Of a stretch of DNA of 64,000 bases, positions 35,135 to 44,852 are shown piece after piece. The first letter of the stretch is position 1; the number at the start of each line of letters is the position of its first letter. Both the position numbers and the translations under genes were made by a program. Below the pieces are notes generated by a model. The model made no database searches. It was not told where the DNA came from and worked only from the letters and a program-made list of their open reading frames with translations. Origin of the DNA: Micavibrio sp. (GTDB lineage Bacteria; Pseudomonadota; Alphaproteobacteria; Micavibrionales; Micavibrionaceae); the NCBI GenBank assembly GCA_041655955.1, contig JBBAEN010000002.1:498355-562354 (forward strand), given 5' to 3'.

Positions 35135-35846
35135 AAAAATGCTGGAAGGAAAAACGGCGCTCGTCACGGGCGCATCGCGCGGTATCGGCGCGGCGGCGGC
35201 GAAGGCCCTGGCCCGCGAAGGCGCGCATGTCATTCTGGTCGCCCGCACCGTCGGCGGGCTGGAGGCGCTGGACGATGAAATCCGCGCCTTCGGCGGCAAG
35301 GCGACATTGATGCCGCTCGATCTGTTCGAACTGGACGCGCTCGACGCGCTCGGCCCGACGCTCTACCAGCATTTTCCGGCGCTCGATATTTTTATCGGCA
35401 ATGCGGCGATGCTGGGAACGCTGGCGCCGCTGGGTCATATCAAGCCGGATGAATTCCAGCGTGTGATGGATTTGAACGTGATGGCGAATTACCGCCTTAT
35501 CCGCACGCTCGATCCGCTGTTAAAGGCTTCGGACGCTGGGCGTGTTGTCTTTGTGACCTCCGGCGCCGTGCAAACGCCAAGGGCCTATTGGGGCGAGTAT
35601 GCGGTCAGCAAGGCGGCGCTTGAAATGTTGGCGAAAATCTATGCCGCCGAATGCGAAGCCACGAATGTCAGGGTCAATATCCTCGATCCGGGCCGTGTCC
35701 GCACGGCGATGCGGGCGCAGGCCTATCCGGGCGAAGATCCGGCCATCCGCCCGCATCCCGATGAAATCGCCCCTTATTTCCTGAAATTGGCCGGCGCGGA
35801 TTGCACCATGAACGGCGAAACGCTCGCCGTTCCTTCGGTGAAGTAA
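35127..35846 (+). CDS. SDR family oxidoreductase
   Basis: KTALVTGASRGIGAA (TGxxxGIG) and YAVSKAAL (YxxxK). Confidence 0.8.
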   Translation: MDKKMLEGKTALVTGASRGIGAAAAKALAREGAHVILVARTVGGLEALDDEIRAFGGKATLMPLDLFELDALDALGPTLYQHFPALDIFIGNAAMLGTLAPLGHIKPDEFQRVMDLNVMANYRLIRTLDPLLKASDAGRVVFVTSGAVQTPRAYWGEYAVSKAALEMLAKIYAAECEATNVRVNILDPGRVRTAMRAQAYPGEDPAIRPHPDEIAPYFLKLAGADCTMNGETLAVPSVK

Positions 35847-35853
35847 GAGCGGC

Positions 35854-36780
35854 TTATTCCGCGCCCGCGTCCGGCGTGATATTGATCTGGCGCGTCGTCA
35901 ACGGCAAGGTGATGCCGGCTTTTTCAAGCCCGGTTTTGACCGCGCGGATCATATCCCAGCGCAGAGTCCAGTAATCATTGGTCGATGACCAGAAACGGAT
36001 GATGAGATCCGTTCCGTAATCCCCGATCCTGTCCGTGACGATGACGGGCGTTTTGCCCTCTTGCGTCAGGATGCGCGGATCGTTTTTCAGAACGCGTTCG
36101 ATCGCGGCGAAGGCCGCCGCCAGATCGTCGCCGAACTTGATAGTGACGACAATATCCTGCCGCCTTTGCAGGTTGCGGGAATAGTTGCGGATTTCCGTAC
36201 CCCAGATTTTCGAATTGGGGGCGAAGACAAAGACATTGTCTGAGCGCGCAAGCTCCGTCCCGAACAGGCCGAGGGAGCGCACCGTGCCGCCCTCGTTGCC
36301 GAACTCGATATAATCGCCGACATTAAAGGGGCGCAGGACGAGCAGCATGACGCCGCTCGCGACATTGGAAAGGGTTCCTTGCAGGGCAAGGCCGATGGCA
36401 AGGCCCGCCGCGCCGAGGACGGCCAGAAGCGAGGCAAGCGGAATGCCGAACAGGCCGATGACGGTTACAACGGCGACGATCGTGACCGTATATTGCGCGA
36501 CGCGGCCGAGGAAATCTTTCAGCGTCGGGTCGAAACGGCGGTAACGGTTGATGCGGCGCCTTGCCCAGCTCCCGATCGTCCAGCCGATAATAAGGATAAG
36601 GATGGCCGTGACGAGGCGCATGCCCCAATCGATGCTGGCGTCAAGGAGAAATTCTTCAAGCCGTGAAAGATTGGTCACGATGTCGGCGCTCGTTATCTTA
36701 TCAAGATCGGGAAGGTGGGGGGCGTCCAAATCGGAAAGGGCGGGGTCTGCCGTCATGATCGTCTTGCCGTTATTCGTCAA
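35854..36780 (-). CDS. Mechanosensitive ion channel (MscS family)
   Basis: 308 aa. TM3/beta-domain block LQGTLSNVASGVMLLVLRPFNVGDYIE. Confidence 0.85.
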   Translation of the reverse strand: MTNNGKTIMTADPALSDLDAPHLPDLDKITSADIVTNLSRLEEFLLDASIDWGMRLVTAILILIIGWTIGSWARRRINRYRRFDPTLKDFLGRVAQYTVTIVAVVTVIGLFGIPLASLLAVLGAAGLAIGLALQGTLSNVASGVMLLVLRPFNVGDYIEFGNEGGTVRSLGLFGTELARSDNVFVFAPNSKIWGTEIRNYSRNLQRRQDIVVTIKFGDDLAAAFAAIERVLKNDPRILTQEGKTPVIVTDRIGDYGTDLIIRFWSSTNDYWTLRWDMIRAVKTGLEKAGITLPLTTRQINITPDAGAE

Positions 36781-38194
36781 AAGGGTTTTTGCTGGATCGG
36801 ATCAATAGCCGCACCGGAACGCCGTCAAGATCGAAATCCTTGCGCAGGGCGTTCACGAGATAACGCTTGTAAGTATCGGGAAGTTCCGGCGCCTGCGATA
36901 CCCAAAGGGCGAAAGTCGGCGGGCGGATATTGATCTGGGTGATGTATTTGAGCCTGTTGGAGCGCCCGGAGATAAGCGGCGCTGGGTTCTGGCTTTCGCG
37001 CGCCGCGAGCCAGCGGTTCATTTTCGCCGTCGAAATGCGCTTCGTCCATGTGTCATAGGTCGCAAATATCGCCCCCATCAGCGCGTCCAGCCCTTTTTCA
37101 CGCAAGGCGGAAATGGTGACGACAGGCAGGTTTTTCACCTGCGACAGGCCGGTGTCGAGCTTATATTGCAAATCGTCCAGGGCTTTCTTTTTATCCTGCA
37201 CCGTGTCCCATTTGTTCAGGGCGATGATAAGGGCGCGGCCTTCGTCAAGGACATGGGCCGCGATTTGCTGATCCTGCTTTTCAAACATGGTGCCCGGCTC
37301 TACCAGCATGACGACGACCTGCGCAAGGCGGATGGCGCGCATCGTATCATCGACGGCCATTTTCTCGATCTTGTCCTGTACCCGCGTCTTGCGGCGCAAG
37401 CCCGCCGTATCGACGAGCTTTATCTTCCGCCCGTCATACTCCCAGTCGATGGCGATGGCGTCGCGCGTGATGCCGGCTTCCGGCCCCGTCATGACGCGGG
37501 AATCGCCGAGCAGCGCGTTGACGAGCGTGGACTTGCCCGCATTCGGGCGGCCCACGATGGCGATTTTCAATGGTTTTTGCGCGATTTCTTCATCGGTGAC
37601 GAGTTCCGCGAAATCAAACGCTTCGTCGCCTTCCAGATCGTCGATGGCGGCGGGATCGATATAATGGGTTGTTTCATCTTCCTCGATCGCTTCGTTAAGC
37701 TCCGGCATATGCGGCAGAAGGGAGAGGTAGAGATCATGGATACCGTGGCCGTGGGCGGCGGAAACGGGAACGGGCTCGCCAAAGCCCAGACTGTATGATT
37801 CGGCAAGGCCCGCCATGGCGGCTTTTTCATTCTCGCATTTATTGACCGCAAGAATGACGGGTTTTTTCTGTTTGCGCAGCCATTGCGCGAAATGGCGATC
37901 GGCGGGCGTCAGCCCCGTCCGCCCGTCAATGACGAAGATGACCGCGTCGGCACGGGAAAGAGCTTCTTCGGTTTGCTTGCGCATCCGCCCTTCGATGGAT
38001 GCATCGATCCTGTCTTCCAGCCCCGCCGTGTCCACAAGTTTGACTGTACGGTCGTAAAAGAACGCTTCGGTTTCACGCCAGTCGCGCGTCAGGCCCGGCG
38101 TATTGTCGACGAGAGCCAGCTGCTTTCCCGCAATGCAGTTGAACAGGGTCGATTTGCCGACATTCGGGCGGCCTATGATGGCGATGGAAAACAT
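36770..38194 (-). CDS. der: Ribosome biogenesis GTPase Der (EngA)
   Basis: 474 aa with two G domains (IIGRPNVGKSTLFN and IVGRPNAGKSTLVN) plus a KH-like C-terminus. Confidence 0.95.
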   Translation of the reverse strand: MFSIAIIGRPNVGKSTLFNCIAGKQLALVDNTPGLTRDWRETEAFFYDRTVKLVDTAGLEDRIDASIEGRMRKQTEEALSRADAVIFVIDGRTGLTPADRHFAQWLRKQKKPVILAVNKCENEKAAMAGLAESYSLGFGEPVPVSAAHGHGIHDLYLSLLPHMPELNEAIEEDETTHYIDPAAIDDLEGDEAFDFAELVTDEEIAQKPLKIAIVGRPNAGKSTLVNALLGDSRVMTGPEAGITRDAIAIDWEYDGRKIKLVDTAGLRRKTRVQDKIEKMAVDDTMRAIRLAQVVVMLVEPGTMFEKQDQQIAAHVLDEGRALIIALNKWDTVQDKKKALDDLQYKLDTGLSQVKNLPVVTISALREKGLDALMGAIFATYDTWTKRISTAKMNRWLAARESQNPAPLISGRSNRLKYITQINIRPPTFALWVSQAPELPDTYKRYLVNALRKDFDLDGVPVRLLIRSSKNPFDE

Positions 38195-38237
38195 GCCCCT
38201 CTCTTAGAGCCTATCGTCCGGATATTCCACAAAAAAC

Positions 38238-39572
38238 TTATCTATAGGCGGTCAGCTCGCCGTCATTGGACAGGATATAGAGCGTTTCGCCCGCAAGAAC
38301 CGGTGGGATCATCACGTTTTTGCCCGTTCTCCATTCCCGCACCAATGTTCCGGCTTCGGGGCTGATTTCCGCCGCGCGGCCATCGGAACTGAAGGCGAGG
38401 AGGCGGCCTCCGGCCAGGACGGGGCCGTTCCAGACGATTGGCCCTTCGCTGTTTTGGGGGTTTTGAAAACGGGCGAGCTGCGATACCCACAACACGGCGC
38501 CGCCGGCTTTATCGAGGGCGATGATCTGATTATCGGCAGAGATCACGAAAATCCTCTTGCCCGCAACCCATGGTGTTTTCGAGCCGCTTATATCCTTGAC
38601 CCAGATGCGCGCGCCCGTCACGAGGTCGATGGCCGCCATGCGCCCGCCGTAAGAGATGGCATAAACCACATTGTCAACGACGACGGGAAGGCCGCGTATA
38701 TCGGAAAGGGCGCTAATCCCGCCAAGGCGCGTCGTCCCGGCCAGAGTGTCAGACCATGCAACCGAGCCGTTCCCCGCCCGCAAGGCATAGATCTCGCCGG
38801 AAGAAAAAGCGGGAATGACCATGTCGCCGGCCACGGCGGGGCTGGCGGCGCCGATAAGGCCGGTATTTTGCCCAAGCCCCGTAAAGTCCCACAGTACGGC
38901 GCCGGTGGCGGCATCAAGGGCAAGGAAATTGTTTGAAAGGGTCGTCACATAAACCCGCCCGCCCGCGACGGTCGGCGCGGCGCGCGAGGGGGAGGGAAGG
39001 GGGCTGCGCCATTTTATTTCGCCCGTTTGCGCGTCGGCGGCGAGGATTTCGTTATAGCCGGAAGCGATATAGACAAGCCCGTTATCATAGGCGATGCCGC
39101 CGCTGATGACGCTGCCGCGCTCTTCAGGGTTGGCGACATCGACGCTCCAGCGGCGCTTGCCGGTGGCTGTGTCATAGGATGAAAGCTTCGAATCCGTATC
39201 GAGGGCAAAAATGCTCTGCCCCGCAACGACAGGCTGGGCCGTGAGCGGCAGGTTCTTGCGCGCGCCTTGCCCGATGCCCGAAGACCATATTTTTTGCGGC
39301 TGTTTTTCCGTGAAGGCGAGATGCTGCATGGCATGGGACGGAATGCCGCCCGCGCCTTGCCACGCGCTGTTTGCAACCATCGCAGGCGCTGTAAAAGGCT
39401 CCGCCTTCCCGGCATCCGGTTCGGGGCGCAGTGCGCTGTCATGGGAGAGGACGGAAATGCGCTCTCCTTGCAGCGGGGCTTTCTTGGGCTTGTCGCCGAG
39501 CCAGTCGGCAACGCCGCAGGCGGAAAGCAGGAAGGAAGCCGCGAGAACCGAGCAAAGAGGCAGTTTTTTCAT
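38238..39572 (-). CDS. bamB: Outer membrane protein assembly factor BamB (PQQ-like beta-propeller lipoprotein)
   Basis: Start at ATG 39572 gives lipoprotein signal MKKLPLCSVLAASFLLSAC-G. Repeated ...G.V(Y/F)v....g.l.AlD..tG...W blades. Conserved yfgM-bamB-der order. Confidence 0.85.
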   Translation of the reverse strand: MKKLPLCSVLAASFLLSACGVADWLGDKPKKAPLQGERISVLSHDSALRPEPDAGKAEPFTAPAMVANSAWQGAGGIPSHAMQHLAFTEKQPQKIWSSGIGQGARKNLPLTAQPVVAGQSIFALDTDSKLSSYDTATGKRRWSVDVANPEERGSVISGGIAYDNGLVYIASGYNEILAADAQTGEIKWRSPLPSPSRAAPTVAGGRVYVTTLSNNFLALDAATGAVLWDFTGLGQNTGLIGAASPAVAGDMVIPAFSSGEIYALRAGNGSVAWSDTLAGTTRLGGISALSDIRGLPVVVDNVVYAISYGGRMAAIDLVTGARIWVKDISGSKTPWVAGKRIFVISADNQIIALDKAGGAVLWVSQLARFQNPQNSEGPIVWNGPVLAGGRLLAFSSDGRAAEISPEAGTLVREWRTGKNVMIPPVLAGETLYILSNDGELTAYR

Positions 39573-39576
39573 GGTT

Positions 39577-40278
39577 TTATTCCTGCCCGCCGCTGTTTTC
39601 TTGTTGCCGTGCGCGCTCATATTCATAGACATGAACGAGGGCCTCCGCTTTTTCCAGCAATGAGTCCGGTGTATTGTCCGCCGCCTTTGCGGCGGTAAAA
39701 GGCTTTAAAAGATCCAGCGCCCGCCCGTAATCCTTTAAGCCCTCGCCATAAAGGGCGGCGGCGTCGAGGCCGGCCTGCATGGCAAAGGCGCTGTTCTTTT
39801 TCCGGGCGACGGGTTCCAGCTTTTTCGCAAGCTCCTCATGGGCGGCTTCGTTTCCTGTCGTCTGGGCCTGCATCAGGGCGGCGCGGACGGACAAGATCAC
39901 GGCAAGATCCTTTAAGGTGGAGGGCGCGCGTGATTGCGCCGCGGCATCCTCATACAGCTCTGCCGCACGCGCGAAATCGGCGTCCGCCGCGGCCTTATGG
40001 GCGGCGTTCAAATAGGCGACGGCGGCATGTGCGCCGGTGGTGTCCCGGGCGGCCTCCTCCATTGCCTGTGTGAAGTCCTCTTCATTGGCGGCGGTGATGA
40101 GGCGGGCTGTTTGCGACTGGTTGCGGGACGTGTCCCAATAGCGGTAAGCGGTGGTTATGGCCGTGCTTCCGACAAGGACGATGGCGGCCAGCATCAGGGT
40201 CGGGCCATAGGACTTCCAGAAGGCCGCGGCTTTTTCCCGTTGCAGGGCTTCATCGACTTCGCGAAATATATCGGACAT
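39577..40278 (-). CDS. YfgM-like TPR membrane protein (ancillary SecYEG subunit family)
   Basis: 233 aa. MSDIFREVDEALQREKAAAFWKSYGPTLMLAAIVLVG then an Ala-rich TPR-like domain. Position upstream of bamB. Confidence 0.7.
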   Translation of the reverse strand: MSDIFREVDEALQREKAAAFWKSYGPTLMLAAIVLVGSTAITTAYRYWDTSRNQSQTARLITAANEEDFTQAMEEAARDTTGAHAAVAYLNAAHKAAADADFARAAELYEDAAAQSRAPSTLKDLAVILSVRAALMQAQTTGNEAAHEELAKKLEPVARKKNSAFAMQAGLDAAALYGEGLKDYGRALDLLKPFTAAKAADNTPDSLLEKAEALVHVYEYERARQQENSGGQE

Positions 40279-40364
40279 GGGTTTGCTTCTCCTTAAAAAC
40301 GGATGCCATCATAGGAAAATCGGGGCTTTTCGCAAACCCCCTATTTTATGCTATACTGGCTTTT

Positions 40365-40733
40365 ATGAGCGTTATGACCGGAGCCGGCAGGATCGGCTAT
40401 TCCCGCTATGAATTTGGTAAAATCTTCCAGATCTACAGCCAGAATGTCTATTCCGGCCTGTTCCGCGATTTTTCCTTTACCGAGGCGGACGGGCGTTATT
40501 TCATCTCTTTCCGCGAAGAGGCGGGCAAAATCCCGTTAATTACCATCGAAAAACGGCGGATCGGGCCGGAGCGGGCGCTTTTTGTAGCGACAACGCCGGG
40601 GCCGAAGGGCGAGCCCGTCGAAATCGTCCGCAGCGAGAAGATCGAAATTTTTGCGGCACGCGTGAAGGAAGAGATTAACGCTTTGCGCGAATCCGCCAAA
40701 ATCCGCGCGGGTTCCCTCAGGATTGTGACTTAA
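40365..40733 (+). CDS. Hypothetical protein
   Basis: 122-aa ORF with no competing ORF, no recognised motif and no clear SD. Confidence 0.45.
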   Translation: MSVMTGAGRIGYSRYEFGKIFQIYSQNVYSGLFRDFSFTEADGRYFISFREEAGKIPLITIEKRRIGPERALFVATTPGPKGEPVEIVRSEKIEIFAARVKEEINALRESAKIRAGSLRIVT

Positions 40734-40805
40734 TCCCATAAAATTATTGACAGGCCCGGCATATTTCCGCAATGCTTTGCCATAAGGCAAAAATCATTAT
40801 CAGGC

Positions 40806-41240
40806 GTGTTCGATATGTTCTGTCAGGTTCTTCCTGGAGTGCGTTACGCATTCACCGAAAAAGCACAGCTCCCTTCCATAGATTGCGATAATCACAAGCC
40901 TGCCTCGCGCATGGTCTTCACCCCCGAAGAACTGGGCGATTTAAAGGGCGTTTTCGCGCCCTATATCATCCAAAGGCGCGTGACGCCGCCTGTTTACAGA
41001 AAAGGCGAGGATCTGAGCTGCGTCGTGTTCAGCAAGGGCGAGAGTACGGCCACGATGTTCGTTGTGGTGAAACAGCTTATGCCCGGTACGGTGCCGAGCT
41101 ATACAATCAATTACGGCCTTGGCTACGAGCCGGGCTTCACACAGAATTTCGACGAGGTCTTGCGGCTGGGGCGCATGCATATCGACCGTGTCTTTTCTGC
41201 ACCGGAAGAGGCTTTGCAGTCCGGCTACGGGTTGACTTAA
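40806..41240 (+). CDS. Hypothetical protein
   Basis: 144-aa ORF. Start uncertain (GTG 40806 or ATG 40815). No recognised motif. Confidence 0.45.
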   Translation: MFDMFCQVLPGVRYAFTEKAQLPSIDCDNHKPASRMVFTPEELGDLKGVFAPYIIQRRVTPPVYRKGEDLSCVVFSKGESTATMFVVVKQLMPGTVPSYTINYGLGYEPGFTQNFDEVLRLGRMHIDRVFSAPEEALQSGYGLT

Positions 41241-41289
41241 GACCGCTCCCTGCCCATCTTTAAAGGGCTGGATTCAAAGGAGAGCGGGC

Positions 41290-42501
41290 ATGGCCAAAAT
41301 CAAGGTGGATAATCCTGTCGTCGAAATAGACGGCGATGAGATGACACGCATCATCTGGGCGATGATCAAGGAAAAATTTATCCATCCTTATCTGGATATC
41401 GATCTCAAATATTTCGATCTGGGCATTGAAAACCGCGACGCCACCGACGATCAGGTGACGATCGACGCGGCCAACGCCATCAAACAATACCGCGTGGGCG
41501 TGAAATGCGCGACGATTACACCGGACGAGGCGCGGGTCGAGGAATTCGGCCTCAAGAAAATGTGGAAATCGCCGAACGGCACGATCCGCAACATCCTTGA
41601 CGGCACTGTGTTCCGCGAACCCATCGTTTGTAAAAACGTCCCGCGCTATGTACCCGGCTGGACCCAGCCGATGGTGGTTGGCCGCCATGCGTTCGGCGAT
41701 CAGTATAAGGCGACCGATCTGAAAATCCCGGGGCCGGGTAAATTGAAACTGGTCTATGAGCCGGAAGGCGGCACCGCGGAAGAATTCGAGATCTTCACCT
41801 TCAAAGGCCCCGGTGTCGCGATGGGCATGTATAACGTCGATGAAAGCATCAAGGGCTTCGCCCGCGCCTGTTTCAATTACGGGCTGGCCCGCGGCTATCC
41901 GGTCTATCTTTCGACGAAGAACACGATTTTGAAGGCCTATGACGGTAAATTCATGGATATTTTCGCCGCTATTTACGAGGAAGAATTCAAGGCGGCGTTC
42001 GAGGCGAAGAAACTCTGGTACGAACACAGGCTGATCGACGATATGGTCGCGTTCGCGGTCAAATCGAGCGGCGGGTTCGTCTGGGCCTGTAAAAACTATG
42101 ACGGGGACGTGCAATCGGACGTGGTGGCACAAGGCTACGGCTCGCTGGGCCTGATGACCTCCGTCCTCCTGACGCCGGACGGGCAGGTCGTCGAAGCCGA
42201 AGCCGCCCACGGCACGGTCACGCGCCATTACCGCGAACACCAGAAGGGCAGGGAAACTTCGACCAACCCCATCGCCTCGATCTACGCCTGGACGCAAGGG
42301 CTGAAATATCGCGGGCGGTTCGACGGGAACGAACCCCTCATCAATTTTGCCACAATGTTGGAGCAATCCTGCGTCGAAACGGTCGAATCCGGCTCTATGA
42401 CCAAGGATCTCGCCTTGCTGGTCGGGCCGCAGCAGGCTTTCTTGACAACGGGGCAGTTTATGGACAAGGTCGCGCAAAATCTGGAAGCAAAGCTCTCCTG
42501 A
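41290..42501 (+). CDS. icd: NADP-dependent isocitrate dehydrogenase (homodimeric, eukaryote-like type)
   Basis: 403 aa. [23 protein letters not shown]...[11 protein letters not shown]...NYDGDVQSD. Confidence 0.95.
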   Translation: MAKIKVDNPVVEIDGDEMTRIIWAMIKEKFIHPYLDIDLKYFDLGIENRDATDDQVTIDAANAIKQYRVGVKCATITPDEARVEEFGLKKMWKSPNGTIRNILDGTVFREPIVCKNVPRYVPGWTQPMVVGRHAFGDQYKATDLKIPGPGKLKLVYEPEGGTAEEFEIFTFKGPGVAMGMYNVDESIKGFARACFNYGLARGYPVYLSTKNTILKAYDGKFMDIFAAIYEEEFKAAFEAKKLWYEHRLIDDMVAFAVKSSGGFVWACKNYDGDVQSDVVAQGYGSLGLMTSVLLTPDGQVVEAEAAHGTVTRHYREHQKGRETSTNPIASIYAWTQGLKYRGRFDGNEPLINFATMLEQSCVETVESGSMTKDLALLVGPQQAFLTTGQFMDKVAQNLEAKLS

Positions 42502-42533
42502 CTGGCCCAACTTAGGTAGGAATAATAAAGAAT

Positions 42534-43703
42534 ATGGTATCAAGCTCTGTTTTCACCACGGCCGCCGCCATGGCGGTGACGCTCCTTCTGGTGGCCATGC
42601 CCGTATCTGCGGGCGCGCAAACCTATCAAAAGGATTATATCGGCAAGGCGCAGACCTATCGCGCGAAGTTCGAGGATACGCTCGTCCATCTGGCGCGGGA
42701 ACATAATCTGGGCTTTGTCGAAATGCGCGCTGCGAACCCGCGCCTCGATCCGTGGCTGCCGGGAGAGGGGGCCAAAGTTATCCTGCCGACCCGGCATATT
42801 CTTCCCGACGCGCCGCGCGAGGGAATCGTCATCAACCTTGCGGAAATGCGCCTTTATTATTTCCCTGCCGGTACGGCGGCGGAGCCGCCCAGCTATCCGA
42901 TAAGCCCCGGCCGCGAGGGGCTTAGGACGCCCGTCGGCACGACCACGATCCAGCGCAAGGTGGTAGGCCCGACATGGCGCCCGACCGCCCGTATGCGCAG
43001 CGAGGACCCTACCCTGCCGGCGGTTTTCCCGCCGGGGCCGGACAATCCGCTCGGCACGCATGCCCTTTATCTCGGCTGGCCGGAATATCTTATCCACGGC
43101 ACCAACAAGCCCTATGCAATCGGCAGGATGGCGTCATCGGGCTGTATCCGCATGTATCCGGAGAGCGTGCGCGATCTCTATCCGCGCGTTCCCAACGGCA
43201 CACGGGTGACGGTCGTCGATCAGCCTGTGAAAGTGGGCTGGATTGACGACAAGATGTATGTCGAGGTATCGCCGACGCAAGAACAGTCAAAGCTCATTGA
43301 AAATCTTGGCGAACTTAGCTCCTACGAAATCACGGCGGATGATATGAAGCGCATCACGGCAAAAGCAGGCGGGCTGGCGGACAATATCGACTGGGATGCG
43401 GTGCGCAAGGCGGTGCGCGAGCATCGCGGCTATCCCGTGCCCGTTCTGGAGCGGGGCGGCGTTAAGGGCGCAAAGGTCATTGATGAAATGGACGATGAAG
43501 CGCCGCAGGAAGTGAGCGCAGCCCATAACGGCAAGGCCGCACAGGCCGTACAAGAAGCCGGGCCTGCGGAAAGAAATGCGCCGCAGGATGCCGGAGATGC
43601 GAAAGCGGGTGCGAAAGAGCAAAAACGGCCAGACGCGCCGGTTGCGAAAAAAATGTCTGAAGAGGCTCCCGCGCCGCGCCGCGCTATCACGCTCAATCCA
43701 TAA
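42534..43703 (+). CDS. L,D-transpeptidase family protein (YkuD domain)
   Basis: Signal peptide. Catalytic block IHGTNKPYAIGRMASSGCIRM. Low-complexity basic/acidic C-terminal tail. Confidence 0.85.
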   Translation: MVSSSVFTTAAAMAVTLLLVAMPVSAGAQTYQKDYIGKAQTYRAKFEDTLVHLAREHNLGFVEMRAANPRLDPWLPGEGAKVILPTRHILPDAPREGIVINLAEMRLYYFPAGTAAEPPSYPISPGREGLRTPVGTTTIQRKVVGPTWRPTARMRSEDPTLPAVFPPGPDNPLGTHALYLGWPEYLIHGTNKPYAIGRMASSGCIRMYPESVRDLYPRVPNGTRVTVVDQPVKVGWIDDKMYVEVSPTQEQSKLIENLGELSSYEITADDMKRITAKAGGLADNIDWDAVRKAVREHRGYPVPVLERGGVKGAKVIDEMDDEAPQEVSAAHNGKAAQAVQEAGPAERNAPQDAGDAKAGAKEQKRPDAPVAKKMSEEAPAPRRAITLNP

Positions 43704-43732
43704 CCGGTTGAAATATTGCTGACAGGAATAAA

Positions 43733-43768
43733 AGAAAAAACCCCGCCATGGCTTTGCGGGGTTTTTTC
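43733..43768 (+). terminator. Rho-independent terminator
   Basis: aaaaaa-ccccgc-catggcttt-gcgggg-ttttttc. Confidence 0.65.
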
Positions 43769-44034
43769 TTTGCGGGATCTTTATGGCCCGCTCGCGGCGG
43801 AAGCGTGCCGGAAGCTGCGCCGGAAGCATGCCCGCCTCTGGAGGCAAAAAAGGATGGATACTCCCCCAAGATGGATACTCCCAAGGGGGGCACTCCCAAG
43901 CTGGGCACAAAAAAATAGGGCATGGCAGGATTTTTAAGGTGTTTCCCAGCCGAAAAATATATTGGCATCCGCAAATTTCAAAAGGGCCTTTAGAATCAGT
44001 GCGTGGTTCTGGCCGGGCGGTTCTTGCGGGGGAT

Positions 44035-44334
44035 TTAATAGCGGACGATCATATAGGTCAGCGCAAACAGGACGGGGGCGTAAAGCGGCGCGAAGTAAAA
44101 CAGCTTGCCCCAGTTCCGGCGGATAAAAATTCCGGCGAAACCGATTGGCAGGCATCCTGTCCAGACGAAAACGGAACGCAGGATGACTTCATTTCCCCTG
44201 CCGCTTTCCGCCAGTTCCGCAGGGATCGCGTTTATCAGGATCAGGAGGTTGAAGGCAATGGCGAAGGCGGGCATGGCCGCAATCGCAATCAGAATAAAAC
44301 CCGCCAAGCGTATCAGAAAATCTTTCCAGCTCAT
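44035..44334 (-). CDS. Small integral membrane protein (hypothetical)
   Basis: Track ORF 44035..44382 trimmed to ATG 44334 (MSWKDFLIRLAGF...), because the first ATG lies inside the terminator hairpin of the upstream gene. Three hydrophobic segments. Confidence 0.5.
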   Translation of the reverse strand: MSWKDFLIRLAGFILIAIAAMPAFAIAFNLLILINAIPAELAESGRGNEVILRSVFVWTGCLPIGFAGIFIRRNWGKLFYFAPLYAPVLFALTYMIVRY

Positions 44335-44361
44335 GCGGCCAAGTATTGCGCTTTTTTCGCC

Positions 44362-44396
44362 AAAAGAAAAGGCTGCCTGCAATAATGCAGACAGCC
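44362..44396 (-). terminator. Rho-independent terminator of the small lipoprotein gene
   Basis: Minus strand: ggctgtctgca-ttat-tgcaggcagcc followed by ttttctttt. Confidence 0.6.
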
Positions 44397-44426
44397 TTGA
44401 AATTCATAACCCCTTAGGGCGTGAAA

Positions 44427-44624
44427 TTACTTAACCTGGCGTGTTTCAAAAACAGGCTCGGCGGAGCGAACCGTCGTTTGTGCGGGTGCATGGCCAACCG
44501 TGCGCTCTTCGGAATAAGGAGCTTGCGTCAGTGTGTTGTCCGTGTAGCCCGTGCCCGTGGAAGAGCAAGCGGCAACGCCGGCAACGGAACCAAGAACCAG
44601 TACATTCATCAGAAGTTTTTTCAT
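44427..44624 (-). CDS. Small lipoprotein (hypothetical)
   Basis: 65 aa. MKKLLMNVLVLGSVAGVAAC-S lipobox. Confidence 0.55.
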   Translation of the reverse strand: MKKLLMNVLVLGSVAGVAACSSTGTGYTDNTLTQAPYSEERTVGHAPAQTTVRSAEPVFETRQVK

Positions 44625-44852
44625 TGTCGTATCCTCTTGTGCTTAAGTGGAAGGTGCTAAATAAACGAGTTGACCATCGAGGAAAGCGTTGTAAGTCTTC
44701 CCGTCATTGGTAAATCCATGCCTTTATACAACGATAAGCCCGCCTCTCCAACCCCCCTTTTGCGAAAATTCAAAAGTTTTTCAATTGCTTTGGCATTTTA
44801 GCCACAGCCGGGGCGCATAAAAGGCGGGAGAGGGAACCATCAGGCAGGCTGG

